IMG/VR virus record: IMGVR_UViG_3300037468_000262
Span: 6,657-70,656 of that record
Origin: a virus
Strand: one strand, 5' to 3'
Length of the DNA: 64,000 nt
In this document: positions 39,201 through 50,615 of the stretch, piece after piece
Layout of the letters: every line of letters starts with the position of its first letter
Position numbering within the stretch: the first letter of the stretch is position 1
The notes under the pieces: model-generated
Told to the model about the DNA's origin: nothing
The model's input: the letters and a program-made list of their open reading frames with translations, nothing else
Database searches by the model: none
Program-made: the position numbers and the translations under genes

Positions 39201-40935
39201 TTGCGAGTACTACAAATGCAACCTATGCAACCGCACAATGACCCTTTATTATGACGATATGAAATGAACTTACGAAGTTGTGACAGTTGCGGAGTCGTAT
39301 TAGACCTTGACAAGTTGATGTTCCCCGATCAGAAGCATTGGTGGCACGAAGACGGAAGTGTTGACGAATCCTTAGCCGGATGGAATAAGGACGCAAGCGC
39401 ATGGCGAGCAAAGGTGCCGTGCCCTGTCTGTAAATCTGACATTTTTGAGAACCCCTATGACTGACTCCCGCCACCCTAGCCAGGAACCTGGGCCACTTGA
39501 CAGGTTACGAGCTGCTCTGGAATTATGGGGAGAACCACCCCGTTTCGAATACACACCCGGCCTTCAATACACAAAGAGACTCCCTTTGGACCCCACCGAA
39601 AGAAACCAACCAGTGCCCCTATCCCCCACAGCTCAGGCAGTATTCGATGCTGCGTGGACTTTGCCCGTAACTCTTCTTGACGCCATTGGTGACCAAGAGG
39701 TGATACGCCGATGCCAAATCGCTGCTTCTCTGCGCACTGCTGCCGGATGCCTACAGCCAGACCCAACTCAAAGTTCACCACTCGGTACGCTCCTTGCCTG
39801 CCAAGACCAAATCTACGCCATTGCCGACGAGTTGGATGGTGTCAATGGTTGAACCCCTTCCCAATATCCCAGCAGGCTCAAAGATTCGTCAAAACTCCGA
39901 CGGATCCTGGCAGTATCAACGCCGCAGTGTTGGCCCCTGGCTGCCGATGCCCGCCCCTCAACAGTGCCTGTCATGGCAAACGCAACCGAACTTGAAACCC
40001 ACTAATAACAACAACCAATGACTACTGAACTTGAATCTACCATTGAACCTGAAATAATTGATGCCCTTTGGCAAACTACGGCAAACTATAAAACATTTGC
40101 TAGGGATATTGCAGTACTGGTGTGTTGTAGCACTAATGAGAAGGTAACAAAAAAGGTAACAAACCAGTGGGCAGAAGCACTCACAAATTTCATTGACGAA
40201 ATTGGTGGTGACGGCCCTTATCTTTGGGAATGGAAAGGAATTACTCCAACTCCAGAAAAGGTTGTGGAATATCTCCGAGAGTACATCCAGTATCTTGAGC
40301 AAAGTGCTGCCGATAGTGAACTGAATGCTTGTTGTAACGTTATGGAAATAAATGGGGCGTATGTATCTGGGAATGTTCTTCGCGCTATTCGCCGCCCAAA
40401 GCCCCCAACTCTGAACGAACTAGCTCTACAATTCCTGGGCACTATCGAAAAAGACGGCAGATACCTGCCAGAAATCACAGACACAATTCGCAAGGCTCTG
40501 ACTGCCAAGATTAACTCACCGGATGCACACTAACTATGCCCTACCACATTTTCATGACGCTTGGCATACTAGCGGCCTTATCTGGCGTCTATTTGCTATA
40601 CGGGAGGCAAGAACAAATCATTAGGAAGCTGCGCTCCTTGCATCCAACAACTATTTTGGACCCGGATGCCTCAGAATTGCCCGAGCTAGAAAGGAAACTC
40701 AGAGAGGCTGACCTTAGAATTGAAGCCAGTATGATTAGAATTCGAGAGCTTAAAGGTGAAACACGATTAACTTTGAACAGCTTGAGAAGTGGTGGGCAAC
40801 CGGGCCCAACCCGCCAACAAGCCTTAGCCGCCCTCCACGCAATCGCATCCGGTGCGAACGACACCCGCGAACAGCACCAAGACCTTGAGACGGTACGTGA
40901 TGCCTTGCTTAGACTGCCTCCGGATGTCTAGCCTA

Positions 40936-40994
40936 CGGGCACCGTTCGGTTACCCGCCCCTTTATATCCATCTGGTGACTGCTACAATAAGAAC
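40936..40994 (+). promoter_or_regulatory. Promoter cassette variant (TACAAT; ATG 6 nt downstream)
   Basis: CGGGCACCGTTCGGTTACCCG hairpin; GC-TACAAT. Confidence 0.6.
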
Positions 40995-43900
40995 ATGATT
41001 GACATAAACCAAATCACCAAATCCATATGCAACGCAGTAACCAAAGCCCATTGCCTTTGGGAATGGGACAACGCCAACGACCCGCCTTGCCACCCAGACG
41101 ATGAAGGCTGGAAAGGGTGCAGTTCTTGCTATGCCAATCGCGAAATCCTTGCGGTGGCTTTTCATGTAGCTGCCGACCGTCTGATCCCTCATCCATCCAG
41201 AACCCCTTGGATTAACACCAACGACAAGGAACCTTACTTCAATGAAACCTTCGAGAATTACGAAGCCCTCGGAGAGCTAACAATCGTCGAACAACTAAGG
41301 CAAATTGCCTCCGAGCTGAGCCCAAAAATTTCGGGAGGGGGCGTAGCCCCCGACCAGGGACGGGCGCCGCAGGCGATACCCGGACCCAACCCAACCCGCC
41401 AAGACCCCCCAACCGGAATGACTACCCCCGTCTTCTTCACTACACGGCTGCCTGATCCCGTAGACGATTGCATGTCCCCCTTCATGGAAATCTGGGTGTT
41501 TTGCGATGACGGGAATTGGGAGTTAATGCGGTATGACCACCCAAATCTAGATTTCCGAGCCCACTATGGCCTCACTCACTGGTTACCCTGGGACAAAATC
41601 CCATACCCGTTAAACAATGACTGACAAAACCCCCCTACAACAACTCCAAGAGTGGCAAGAGCTTTCTGAGTTCTTTCATTCGTTGTACACAAAAGACTTA
41701 TTCGCACCGGAAAATTCCCTATCAGTGGCTGTAGACCATTGGATGGATCCTATGGCCTTTGACAAAAGTTTCACACTACGGGCGAGGTGGAAATTAAATG
41801 GAAAAGAAACCACTCGTGATATTACTTTTTCAATGTTTGACTCTGAAATGAGTAATGGAACTCCGGTAGTTGAAGCCGTAAAGAAACTTGCAGCGTCTAT
41901 TGCTGATGATGTAACTAAGGGTCTAGAAGAGGAAATGTTGCGTTTCCTAGTCCAGAATGACCAATACAATACTGTCCGCCCATTGATTATGTCTGAACTT
42001 TACAAGCAATGATTGCAACATTTCTTTTTCTCATGGTGTACACAAGCATTGTCGGTGCCACCGGATTCTTGATAGGGAGAGTATTATACCTTAATGAAAA
42101 ACAACTCCGAAATTTTCAGACTCGGCTCAGGACACACCCTGATGAAGGTTTTGCAGAAGACGCAGAGAATTTGCGTAGGGGTTGGGAGAGAGTTCTAGGG
42201 AATGTTAAGCAGCAAGGGAAATGATTGAGAAGATTTGCCTCAAGTGCCGTAACGTCGCTTCCGGAGCCGAAAACAGAACGTGTTGTGGCAAATCGGTTGC
42301 GTTCGACCCCTGTGAACACGGTAAACTCTTAATCTCCGGGGCAAACTCTTGGAATATGGTTATCAGCAGGTGGGGTGACCACCCCACTTTTGAAGCCGTC
42401 AGCGAAGACATGCTACGGGGGAATAGTGCAAGTGCTCCAGGCCATTTGAACGAGTTTATTCGGCGTCTTCTGAGCTATAAAGAAGCATTGCTAGAGCCGA
42501 GACCTATCAAGACAGAAGGGTTGCCGTACCCTGAAGATTGCCACCCCGAGGGTGGCTGGGCCTGGTTTGCAACTTTCGGATGTGACTGGACACAGGACAC
42601 CCCTCCCGAAGACATCTCTCTTGATAAAAGATGGAACGTTGACCCTGACACAGGAATGTTCAGATACAGCCATTGGCTCCCTTACTGGGCCATTCCATCA
42701 ACTGATACTTTATTAACATGAGCAAAAGTTGCGGATCCTGCGTCTACTATATTAAGTGGAAAAAAGATTCCCTTGTCAAAAAAGACGGTGGCAAAGGTGG
42801 GGAGCTAGCGTCCGGATTATGCGAGTTTTTAGATCGCAGAACCAAGCCAGATTGGGGCCACTCCTGTCTTCACTGGACCGGCAAACGCTACGACCGAAAC
42901 TTGCAAAAACAACTAACCAACAACGAAGTAGACAACGAAGACTAAACAAATGACCTTAACATGGCCTTAACACAACCTTCATACATCCGCTGCATACGGC
43001 ACACTAACGCAAACCTTTCGAAGCTGTCATGGTGTGGTCTTCCCTTAAGTAACTTTGACCTTCCTTTTGTAGACATTGACCATGCCGCCTATACTGTTAG
43101 GGACGAAGGTCGCATTGTTCCCTGCCCAGATTGCATCAATGTGATTACCTCACTATTTGACCCGAAAGCAAAATGACTGAACTCGACAAAATTCAGTTGG
43201 ATGGGACATTCACAAAAGAACAACTTTTAGAGCTGGCCTTTGCTATGGACGGTCAAAGTTGGGATCCTAGGCCCCATGGCATTTCCTACTCTGTAGACCC
43301 TACTCAATTCGAACATCCAGGTGGTCCCCCCGTGGTTTACACCGAGGAAATGGCTGCAGAAGACGATAAATTACTGGAAGATCTGGGTTCTGAAGGTCCA
43401 CTATCCGAATTCGGTCCAGACGATATGCCCTTAGGGTAGTTATAGTCCACATTATCCTCACAAACCCCGCAATGACTGACACAGAAAGAGCCTCAAAATT
43501 GTTGCAATTGCTAGAAGCAATGGACCCAGACATAGATTGGGCATCCGTACCTGAACTCACCCCAGAGCAAACACAACTTGTGACCGTATTAATCGAACAG
43601 CAAGTGGCATATGCTATGGACGAAGGAATGGCCCTTGCGGTTGAACTAATCCGTTTGAGCCCTCCGCATCTTTCCAAAGATGAAATTGCCGATCTGATTG
43701 AAAGTAGTATGCAGGACTCCAAATGACTGACAAGCAGCTCTACACTCTTTGTGGCACGATCTCATTGGCCGGGTCGTTCATCGCAAATTCCCCGTTACTT
43801 GGCATCATGGCGGTTATCTGGTTCGTTAGTGCGGTTGCCGAAAAGCGAGGCCCATGACTGACTCTTTGACTTAAGCAATCTACTCCTCACAACCCACCCA

Positions 43901-45696
43901 CCAACAATGACAGAACTCACAAAAGCAGACACTTTTCAACAGCGAATGTTTGAACGCATTCGTGAATCGATGGGAGAGCTTCTTTCAGAAGACGACTTGA
44001 AAGAACTCCTGGAAAGAACTATCGAAAAGTCGTTTTTCGAAGAACGAATTGTCCAATCTTCGAGTTATTACAGTAGCGCTCAAAAGAAACCGTCCCTATT
44101 CCAAGAACTTGTAACCGAACAAGTCCAACCCATGGTGGAAAAAGCGATCACCGTTTGGCTACAAGACAATTCAGAACAAGTCACCTCTACAATCGATGCC
44201 GTATTAAAAGATGGCCTACTGAGTGCTCTGTCAAAAGCCATCGATTACAAAATGCAAATTCCTGTCTTAAACCTCAGGACGGAAATTTCAAACAAACTCC
44301 TTTCTTAACCTTACAATTCCCATTTAGCTGAGTACCGTGAATAGAGACCCCGTAGTAATGACGAAACTCGTCTTCAATTCCCCCTACAAAACACGAATAG
44401 TCGCATACAACAACAAAAATAGACAACAAGTTGCAGTAATTACTGGCAATGCTGCAGAACCCGACGACACGACCCCCTTCATGACCGAATGGTTCTTCAA
44501 GGTTTCGGTACCGATTGAGGGTATGAATGGGTGGACAATCGAGTGCAATAACTGGCCGGGAATTTTAGCAGTCGCAACTCGGGAATGTTCCCGCCTTGGA
44601 AAATTAAGAAACCGCTTGGTTACAATCCCGATTGCCTTCTTAAGGGGCAACCTAAGCTAAACTGAAAATTCACACAAACGCTGGTAAAAAGAAATGGGAA
44701 CACGAGCAGACTTTTACGTTAGAAACGGAGACCAAGGGGAATGGCTTGGATCAATTGCATGGGATGGTTATGAGTGGGAAGAAGGGAATTTTCCACTAAC
44801 CGAAGCCAAAACTCCCGAAGACTTCCGAGCAGCCGTTCAAGACATTGCGAATGACCGCCAAGACTTCACCGACCCGAGCGAAGGGTGGCCTTGGCCATGG
44901 GATAACAGCCTAACTACTGACTACAGATACGTCTTCAATGAAGGGCTGGTAGAGGTTTATCGCTTCGGTCGCAAAAAACTTTCAGTCGATGGTGAAGAGG
45001 TGAATTATGCAGTCAACAAAGAAGAGTGGTTTCCCGATATGACCTCCATACAAAATGTCACTTTAGGGCCTCGGAGCGGGGTCATGCTATTTCACAGTGT
45101 GTGAGGACGGGAGCCGAATTTATAAGGTTCACACCACTGCCAACCCGATACAAGCATTGAAACTAACGGAATGATTATCTTTCTGCCAACATTTATACTC
45201 CTAACCATTGCGGCATTCTCTATAAACAGAGCAATCCAAAAGACACCTAAAGTACAACCCAAAGAGGGCACTGTTGAGGACCCGAAATCCCCAACCCTGC
45301 ACCAAGACCTCATTCAACTTAGTCGCATTCGGAACACATACGGTGAAGCTACTGCTACTCTGGTCTCTAAGCATCATGTAAACAATCGGGGGACTAATAC
45401 CGCCGAAAAGTCACAAACACTGAGAAACAACCGTACAAGTAATAACTACACAAGAGACGAAGATAACAATACTTTCATTTATGATTTGGACTACGCATTA
45501 GTCTCGGACTACGACCTTAACTCCAAACACCTTAGTCATTCTGATACCGGATCTAACCAAGATCATAGTTGTCATGACTCCGGACACAGCCATAGCAGCC
45601 ATAACTATGGAAGCAGCCACGATTACGGTGGTCATGATTGCGGGGGTCACGACTTTGGTGGCTTTGATTGTGGCAGCGATTGACTGACCTCCAGCA

Positions 45697-45764
45697 GGCG
45701 GCAAACCGCCCAGAAGCCTTCGGCTTCCCTTATTTCAACTCCGCAGAAACACTATAATTAGTAC
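45697..45764 (+). promoter_or_regulatory. Repeated promoter cassette (TTATTT-17-TATAAT)
   Basis: GGCGGCAAACCGCC, GAAGCCTTCGGCTTC, GCAGAAAC. Confidence 0.75.
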
Positions 45765-45792
45765 ATGAACCTAAACCCACGGAGGAATTTTG

Positions 45793-46077
45793 ATGGTAAA
45801 CGACGAACAACTACTTGAGGATTTCAACAGGGAAATCTACGCTGAAAATGGAGCTGACCCAGTTACGGTGGAGTACCTTATTAATACTCTTCGTACCATA
45901 AGAAAAAATAATAAAGAAGATGGCCCGAAATACAGGTCGGGGTATCAGGAGGGTTACGATTTCGGATATAAAATGGGGGTAGAGAAAGCTGAAGCCGATA
46001 CGATCATGTACGAAGACCTTCGTAAAATGACTATACAGGAACTTGCTAATTTAATCGGAGATGAAAATGCCTACTGA
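45793..46077 (+). CDS. Hypothetical protein
   Basis: SD GGAGG at 45781; GY.EGY..GY motif. Confidence 0.6.
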   Translation: MVNDEQLLEDFNREIYAENGADPVTVEYLINTLRTIRKNNKEDGPKYRSGYQEGYDFGYKMGVEKAEADTIMYEDLRKMTIQELANLIGDENAY

Positions 46078-46189
46078 ATCTCTCATAACTTTCAGTCCAT
46101 TTTCTCAAGCGGTTATGGACTCCCTGAACGAAGGCCACATGAGAGTTTCAGCTCTGTACCCTGACTTAAAAATTAAGTGTGGGACAAGG

Positions 46190-46262
46190 GGGCGGTTTAC
46201 CGCCCAGAATCTTTCGGTTCCCACCCCCTTTTCCAGCTAGGCAGAAACGCTATCATTAGTAT
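46190..46262 (+). promoter_or_regulatory. Repeated promoter cassette (TATCAT; ATG 6 nt downstream)
   Basis: GGGCGGTTTACCGCCC, TTCGGTTC, GCAGAAACGC. Confidence 0.75.
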
Positions 46263-47315
46263 ATGAACATGAAACCCACAAAGGCAACAATCCTAACTCT
46301 TACGGTTGCAATGCTGGTAACGGCATCTCCTGCTTTTGCCGCGTCTGCCGGTCGCATCAGTGGTGGCAGTTTCCGTAGCTCCCCTAGTTACAGCCGTCCA
46401 AGTTACAGCCGTCCAAGTTACAGCCGCCCCAGCTATAGCCGTCCCAGCCCTTCTCCGAGCTATAGCTATTCGCCACCGCGAGTGTACACTCCCCTGCCTA
46501 CCACTAGACCTTCTTACAACCCTCCAAGTCGGTCTAGCACGAACATTATCGTTGTGCCAGACTTGACTCCAAATGTTGCACCGGTTATCCCCTACTCCTC
46601 GCCTTCACAGGTAACCGCAGTTAGACAAGAGCCTGCTAATCCCGCGTTCTTTTTGACGCTGCTTGTTACCATGGGTGTGACTGCTATTGCAGTCTTTCTC
46701 TTGTTCGGAGGTTGGGAAGATTTCGTAGGACCCTGGTTAAGCTCTCAAAAAGAAAAGTTCAAGAAACTAACAGTAGTGCGGCAAAGAGTGGCCCTACTCG
46801 CTTCTGCCAAAGATATCCAAACCGATTTGATTCGGATGGCTGAACGGGGGAATACAGGTAGTTCCTACGGTCTTGCCAAGATCCTTCAAGAGACGACTCT
46901 TGCTCTTCTCCGCCACCCTGACAAAGTCGTGTACGCTTGGAGTGACAGCCACACAGTTTCCCCTGGTGGCGCAGAGATCCTCTTTAATCAGTTCTCGATG
47001 GAAGATCGTTCCCGAGCGTCTGAAGAAACTTTGACGAATGTGGACGGTCGTGTCTCAAAGAGTAAGGAGAAAGCACACGAAAAAACCCAAGGGAACGAAT
47101 ACATCCTTGTAAATGTTCTGGTGGTTACCAATGAGAATCTGAACCTGAAGCCATCCGACTCACAAGAAAACCTGAAGTCAAATCTGGTAGCCCTGGGCTC
47201 TATTTCTCATGAGGACCTGGTCGCCCTTGAGATTATCTGGCAACCGGAAGATGAATACGACGTTCTCTCGAAAGAGGAACTCTTGACCTTGTACCCCGAC
47301 TTGAACATCCTGTGA
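46263..47315 (+). CDS. DUF1517 family protein (cyanobacterial/plant FLAP1-like)
   Basis: Signal peptide, GRISGGSFR, SRPSY repeats, TM helix, GL..ILQETTLALLRHP, E.IWQP and L...YPDL. Confidence 0.85.
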   Translation: MNMKPTKATILTLTVAMLVTASPAFAASAGRISGGSFRSSPSYSRPSYSRPSYSRPSYSRPSPSPSYSYSPPRVYTPLPTTRPSYNPPSRSSTNIIVVPDLTPNVAPVIPYSSPSQVTAVRQEPANPAFFLTLLVTMGVTAIAVFLLFGGWEDFVGPWLSSQKEKFKKLTVVRQRVALLASAKDIQTDLIRMAERGNTGSSYGLAKILQETTLALLRHPDKVVYAWSDSHTVSPGGAEILFNQFSMEDRSRASEETLTNVDGRVSKSKEKAHEKTQGNEYILVNVLVVTNENLNLKPSDSQENLKSNLVALGSISHEDLVALEIIWQPEDEYDVLSKEELLTLYPDLNIL

Positions 47316-47322
47316 GAACCAC

Positions 47323-47395
47323 GGGGCGGTTTACCGCCCCACCCGGTTCGGTTCTCCGACTTGTTTCTACGGGGCAGAAGCGCCAGCATTAGTGC
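47323..47395 (+). promoter_or_regulatory. Repeated promoter cassette with degenerate -10 (CAGCAT)
   Basis: GGGGCGGTTTACCGCCCC, TTGTTT-17-CAGCAT-6-ATG. Confidence 0.65.
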
Positions 47396-47433
47396 ATGAG
47401 TGAGGGTGAAATCATACTTTCAAACAACGGAAG

Positions 47434-48240
47434 ATGGTTTGTTACACCTACGTTATAGTGTTCGAAGACAGTTTCTTTTACATAGGGGTTAGAAAGTGTC
47501 CCAAAAACCTCACCCCCTTTACTGACCTGTACTCAGGCTCCCCTGTGACACACAAGGAAAAGTGGGTGAACACAACTTTCAAAAAGAAAGTTATCAGTAT
47601 ACACGGCACATGGAAAGAAGCCTCTTTCAAGGAAATAGAACTATTGAACCACGTTAAATGGAACTCGAACCCTAGATGCCTAAATGAGAATAACGGGGGA
47701 TGCTTCTCAGAAGAAACATGCTCCAAGGCAGGGAAAATAGGAGGAAAAACTACTATTGACAAAATGAGAAATGACCCCGATTTCGCTAAGGCTCGTAACA
47801 AGAAATTGTCGGAAAGTTTAAAAAGAAGATACAGAGAAAACCCTGAAGTTTTAGAAAAACAAAGAGTATTGGTTTTGGAAGCTTCAATGAAGTCACTGAA
47901 GTCAAGAGAAAGTTTATTAAGAAACAATCCAGATTATTATAAGAATAACGGTCTTAAAATTTCTGAGGCTCTGAAGCTGAAAGCATCTGAAGACCCTTCT
48001 TTCAGGGAACAGCTGGCTATTAAAGCCAATAAAGCAAGTGAGACTTACCGTAAAATGCTTAAAGAGGACCCCGAGTTTAGAGAAAAAGTTAAAGCAGGTA
48101 GGGAAAGAGCTGCCCTAAAGATTAAAAATAGTGTTTGGATAACAAACGGGCAGAAAGACAGAAGAGTAAGTGCAGATCTTCCAATTCCCGACGGATTTAG
48201 GAGGGGCAGGTCCAACAACAAGAGAAGGAGTGAACAATGA
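47434..48240 (+). mobile_element. Free-standing GIY-YIG-type homing endonuclease
   Basis: YTY...FYIG, Y.GS, E..L, CLN.N, helical repeats and WITNG...G..RGR tail. Confidence 0.75.
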
Positions 48241-48872
48241 AGATAAGATTTATAGGAGACACCCATTGCCATTGGACTACCTACAAAAAACTCATTAAAG
48301 AGTGCGACCGCTCCTTGCAAGTTGGGGATTTTGGAGTCGGCTTCATAAACCCTTACACCGACAAACCCTACAGCAACCCACCCTATGACCACATGGCCAA
48401 AGGCGAGCACTTCTTCATTCGGGGTAACCACGATAATCCCGGTGTTTGCAAAAGGCACCCCTTCTGGGTGAAAGACGGTGGCTCAGCATTTGGTCGCGAT
48501 GACATCTTTTGTGTTGGTGGGGCTTTCTCGATTGACAAAGATCGACGGACCGAAAACTACGATTGGTGGCATGATGAGGAGTTGTCCTATGGTCAACTTT
48601 GCAACATCATGGACACTTACGAGCTTGTGAAACCCAAGATCGTTGTCACACACGAGTGCCCAGATTCGGTTATTTCTCGAGTTTGTCAAGAAAGGGGCAT
48701 GCACAAGTATGATATCCCGTCTGTGACTCGTAGATGTTTCGACAATATGCTCGAAATCCACAAACCGGATCTCTGGATTCATGGCCACTGGCACCTAAGT
48801 GCCTGGACTATCCACAAAGGGGTGCAATTCATAGCCCTAAATGAGCTGGAATACGTAGACCTCGATGTTTAA
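48237..48872 (+). CDS. Metallophosphoesterase
   Basis: GDTH, GDFG, GNHD, THECP and HGHWH motifs. Confidence 0.85.
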   Translation: MKIRFIGDTHCHWTTYKKLIKECDRSLQVGDFGVGFINPYTDKPYSNPPYDHMAKGEHFFIRGNHDNPGVCKRHPFWVKDGGSAFGRDDIFCVGGAFSIDKDRRTENYDWWHDEELSYGQLCNIMDTYELVKPKIVVTHECPDSVISRVCQERGMHKYDIPSVTRRCFDNMLEIHKPDLWIHGHWHLSAWTIHKGVQFIALNELEYVDLDV

Positions 48873-49752
48873 TCTTCCCTGTGAGGACTCCCCGGAATTG
48901 CTTCTTGGGGAGTTCGACTTTCAAACGTGTTATTACGAAGTGTGCTTTGAGACTATAGAGGAGCGGTACGGCTTATTTAATAACAAAATCAGAGAGGTGA
49001 ATAGGTATTACATTACAGCGAATCGTAAGACTACAGGGCTTAAGAAAGAAGTCAAGACTTTGAGATTCCATTTTACAGAACTTTAGAGAATGACTATATG
49101 TTTCGAGTGGTGGGTCAATGTAGCGGGATACAAACTGTCTTTTGGGATAATCCTACAGATCCGATCAATTTGCTGACTTTCTTAAAAGGACGTCTGGACG
49201 AAAATTCTCACGAAGACTTCGTAATTTTCAGTTCAAAAGACTTAGAATAGACAATGTCATACCCTTCTGTCTTGAAAATTCGCAGGTGTCCCCACTGCAG
49301 TACAAATTTGGTAGCAGCCGAAGTGCTTTTGCCTGAAACTTGTGAACCTGGCGCCTTCCACTCACGCTTACTTGGTATCCTCAACGACGGCGCAGTAACC
49401 GGTTGGAAATGCCCCGACTGCGAGCACACTCTCCCTTAGCCGAGAGACGCTTACCGTCTAAGGCATCGGCTAAACTGGCTGTAGCGTCTCACTCTTAAAT
49501 TGACCCCTTCTACTCTGGTATGGGTGACATTAATCGCGGTCTTCACTTATGCTGCCTCGCGAGACTCTAATGTCATTACATACCTTTTTCTACTGTCCGA
49601 GCGGCTACGTTCTTCCGTGCTGGGATCCAAATATTACTTAACCCAGAACCCAGATCACTTCTGGGTAAGGGGGAGAATCAGTGAAAACGCAGACAAAGAC
49701 GCTCGCAAACTCTCAAAAGAACTTGGTTTAGACAAAAACAAGGACTGGTACG

Positions 49753-50322
49753 ATGACAACGGTAATTAATCTTTTCGGTGGCTCAGGTTGTGGAAAGTCC
49801 ACCACCGCCGCTTTACTCTTCTCCCGAATGAAACTGGCCGGAATTCACGTAGAACTTGTAAGAGAATACGTGAAGTACTGGGCTTGGAACGACCGTAAGG
49901 TTCGAGAGTGGGACCAACTTTACTTGCTCGGTAAGCAGAGTGCATACGAAAGCATGCTTTACGGTAAAGTAGACTACATTGTAACCGACAGCCCGATCTT
50001 ACTCGCAGGGGTTTACCAGGAGTTTCGTTCCAATGGCAAAGATTCTTACGTGAGCAACGCTGCGCAAGCTTTCATGGCACACGCAGAAGAACAAGGTGTC
50101 ACTTACAAGAACTTTTTCCTGAAGCGCAACAAGCCCTTCGACCCGCGTGGCCGTTATGAAACAGAGGATCAAGCTAAAGAAGTTGACCGATTTGTTTACG
50201 ACTATTTGTGCAAGTATAGCGGGTTTAAGCCGATTGAAATTTCTGGTCCCGATGAGTACAGAGACGCGGAAATTCTGAGCTACCTCGGCGACATGGACTT
50301 TAAGGAGCCGCCCTCACTGTGA
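49753..50322 (+). CDS. P-loop NTPase (AAA_28/NadR kinase-like)
   Basis: INLFGGSGCGKST, E.VK..AW and TDSP.LL motifs. Confidence 0.75.
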   Translation: MTTVINLFGGSGCGKSTTAALLFSRMKLAGIHVELVREYVKYWAWNDRKVREWDQLYLLGKQSAYESMLYGKVDYIVTDSPILLAGVYQEFRSNGKDSYVSNAAQAFMAHAEEQGVTYKNFFLKRNKPFDPRGRYETEDQAKEVDRFVYDYLCKYSGFKPIEISGPDEYRDAEILSYLGDMDFKEPPSL

Positions 50323-50546
50323 GCTTAACTTACAGAGAACTCCCGGAGTCTCTACTCTTTCTTTCAGAGGAGGACTTGGACAAAACAGTCACGGTATTAA
50401 GAGAGGATGAAGAATTCCAAGCTGTTGTTCAGTTAGAATTTTCACCAAGTGATGACGATGTCTTAGACAGAGAACACCCCCACCTTCGACTTGACTACGT
50501 AAGTTTTCAGCTCACCGAATTGTGGCCGCCAGTGTAAGCCAGAGTT

Positions 50547-50615
50547 CGGTTTACCCTACCCCTCTTGGTTCGGCTTCCCCTTGTGTTTCCTCCGCAGAAG
50601 CGGTATACTATTAAT
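50547..50615 (+). promoter_or_regulatory. Repeated promoter cassette (TTGTGT-17-TATACT)
   Basis: CGGTTTACC, TTCGGCTTCCCC; ATG 6 nt after the -10 box. Confidence 0.7.

Larger units (their letters stand above)
32848..45683 (+). other. Array of about 40 small, tightly coupled hypothetical genes, including paralog families
   Basis: ATGA-type overlaps; recurring LSP.AQA and ELEACC…RRP.P motifs; individual functions not recognisable. Confidence 0.7.

Noticed and set aside
45540-45683. His/Gly/Asp repeats (HDxGG) as a functional repeat array
   Set aside because: Low-complexity coding tail common in small phage membrane proteins
10264-50322. NAD-reconstitution pathway from the HIGH nucleotidyltransferase plus the NadR-like kinase
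   Set aside because: The genes are 39 kb apart, their specificity cannot be read from motifs, and no Nampt or PRPP-synthetase-like partner is in the window
626-50615. Palindromic repeats as a CRISPR array or REP/IS ends
   Set aside because: Copies are dispersed, separated by whole genes, diverged, and carry -35/-10 boxes; no cas or transposase gene is present
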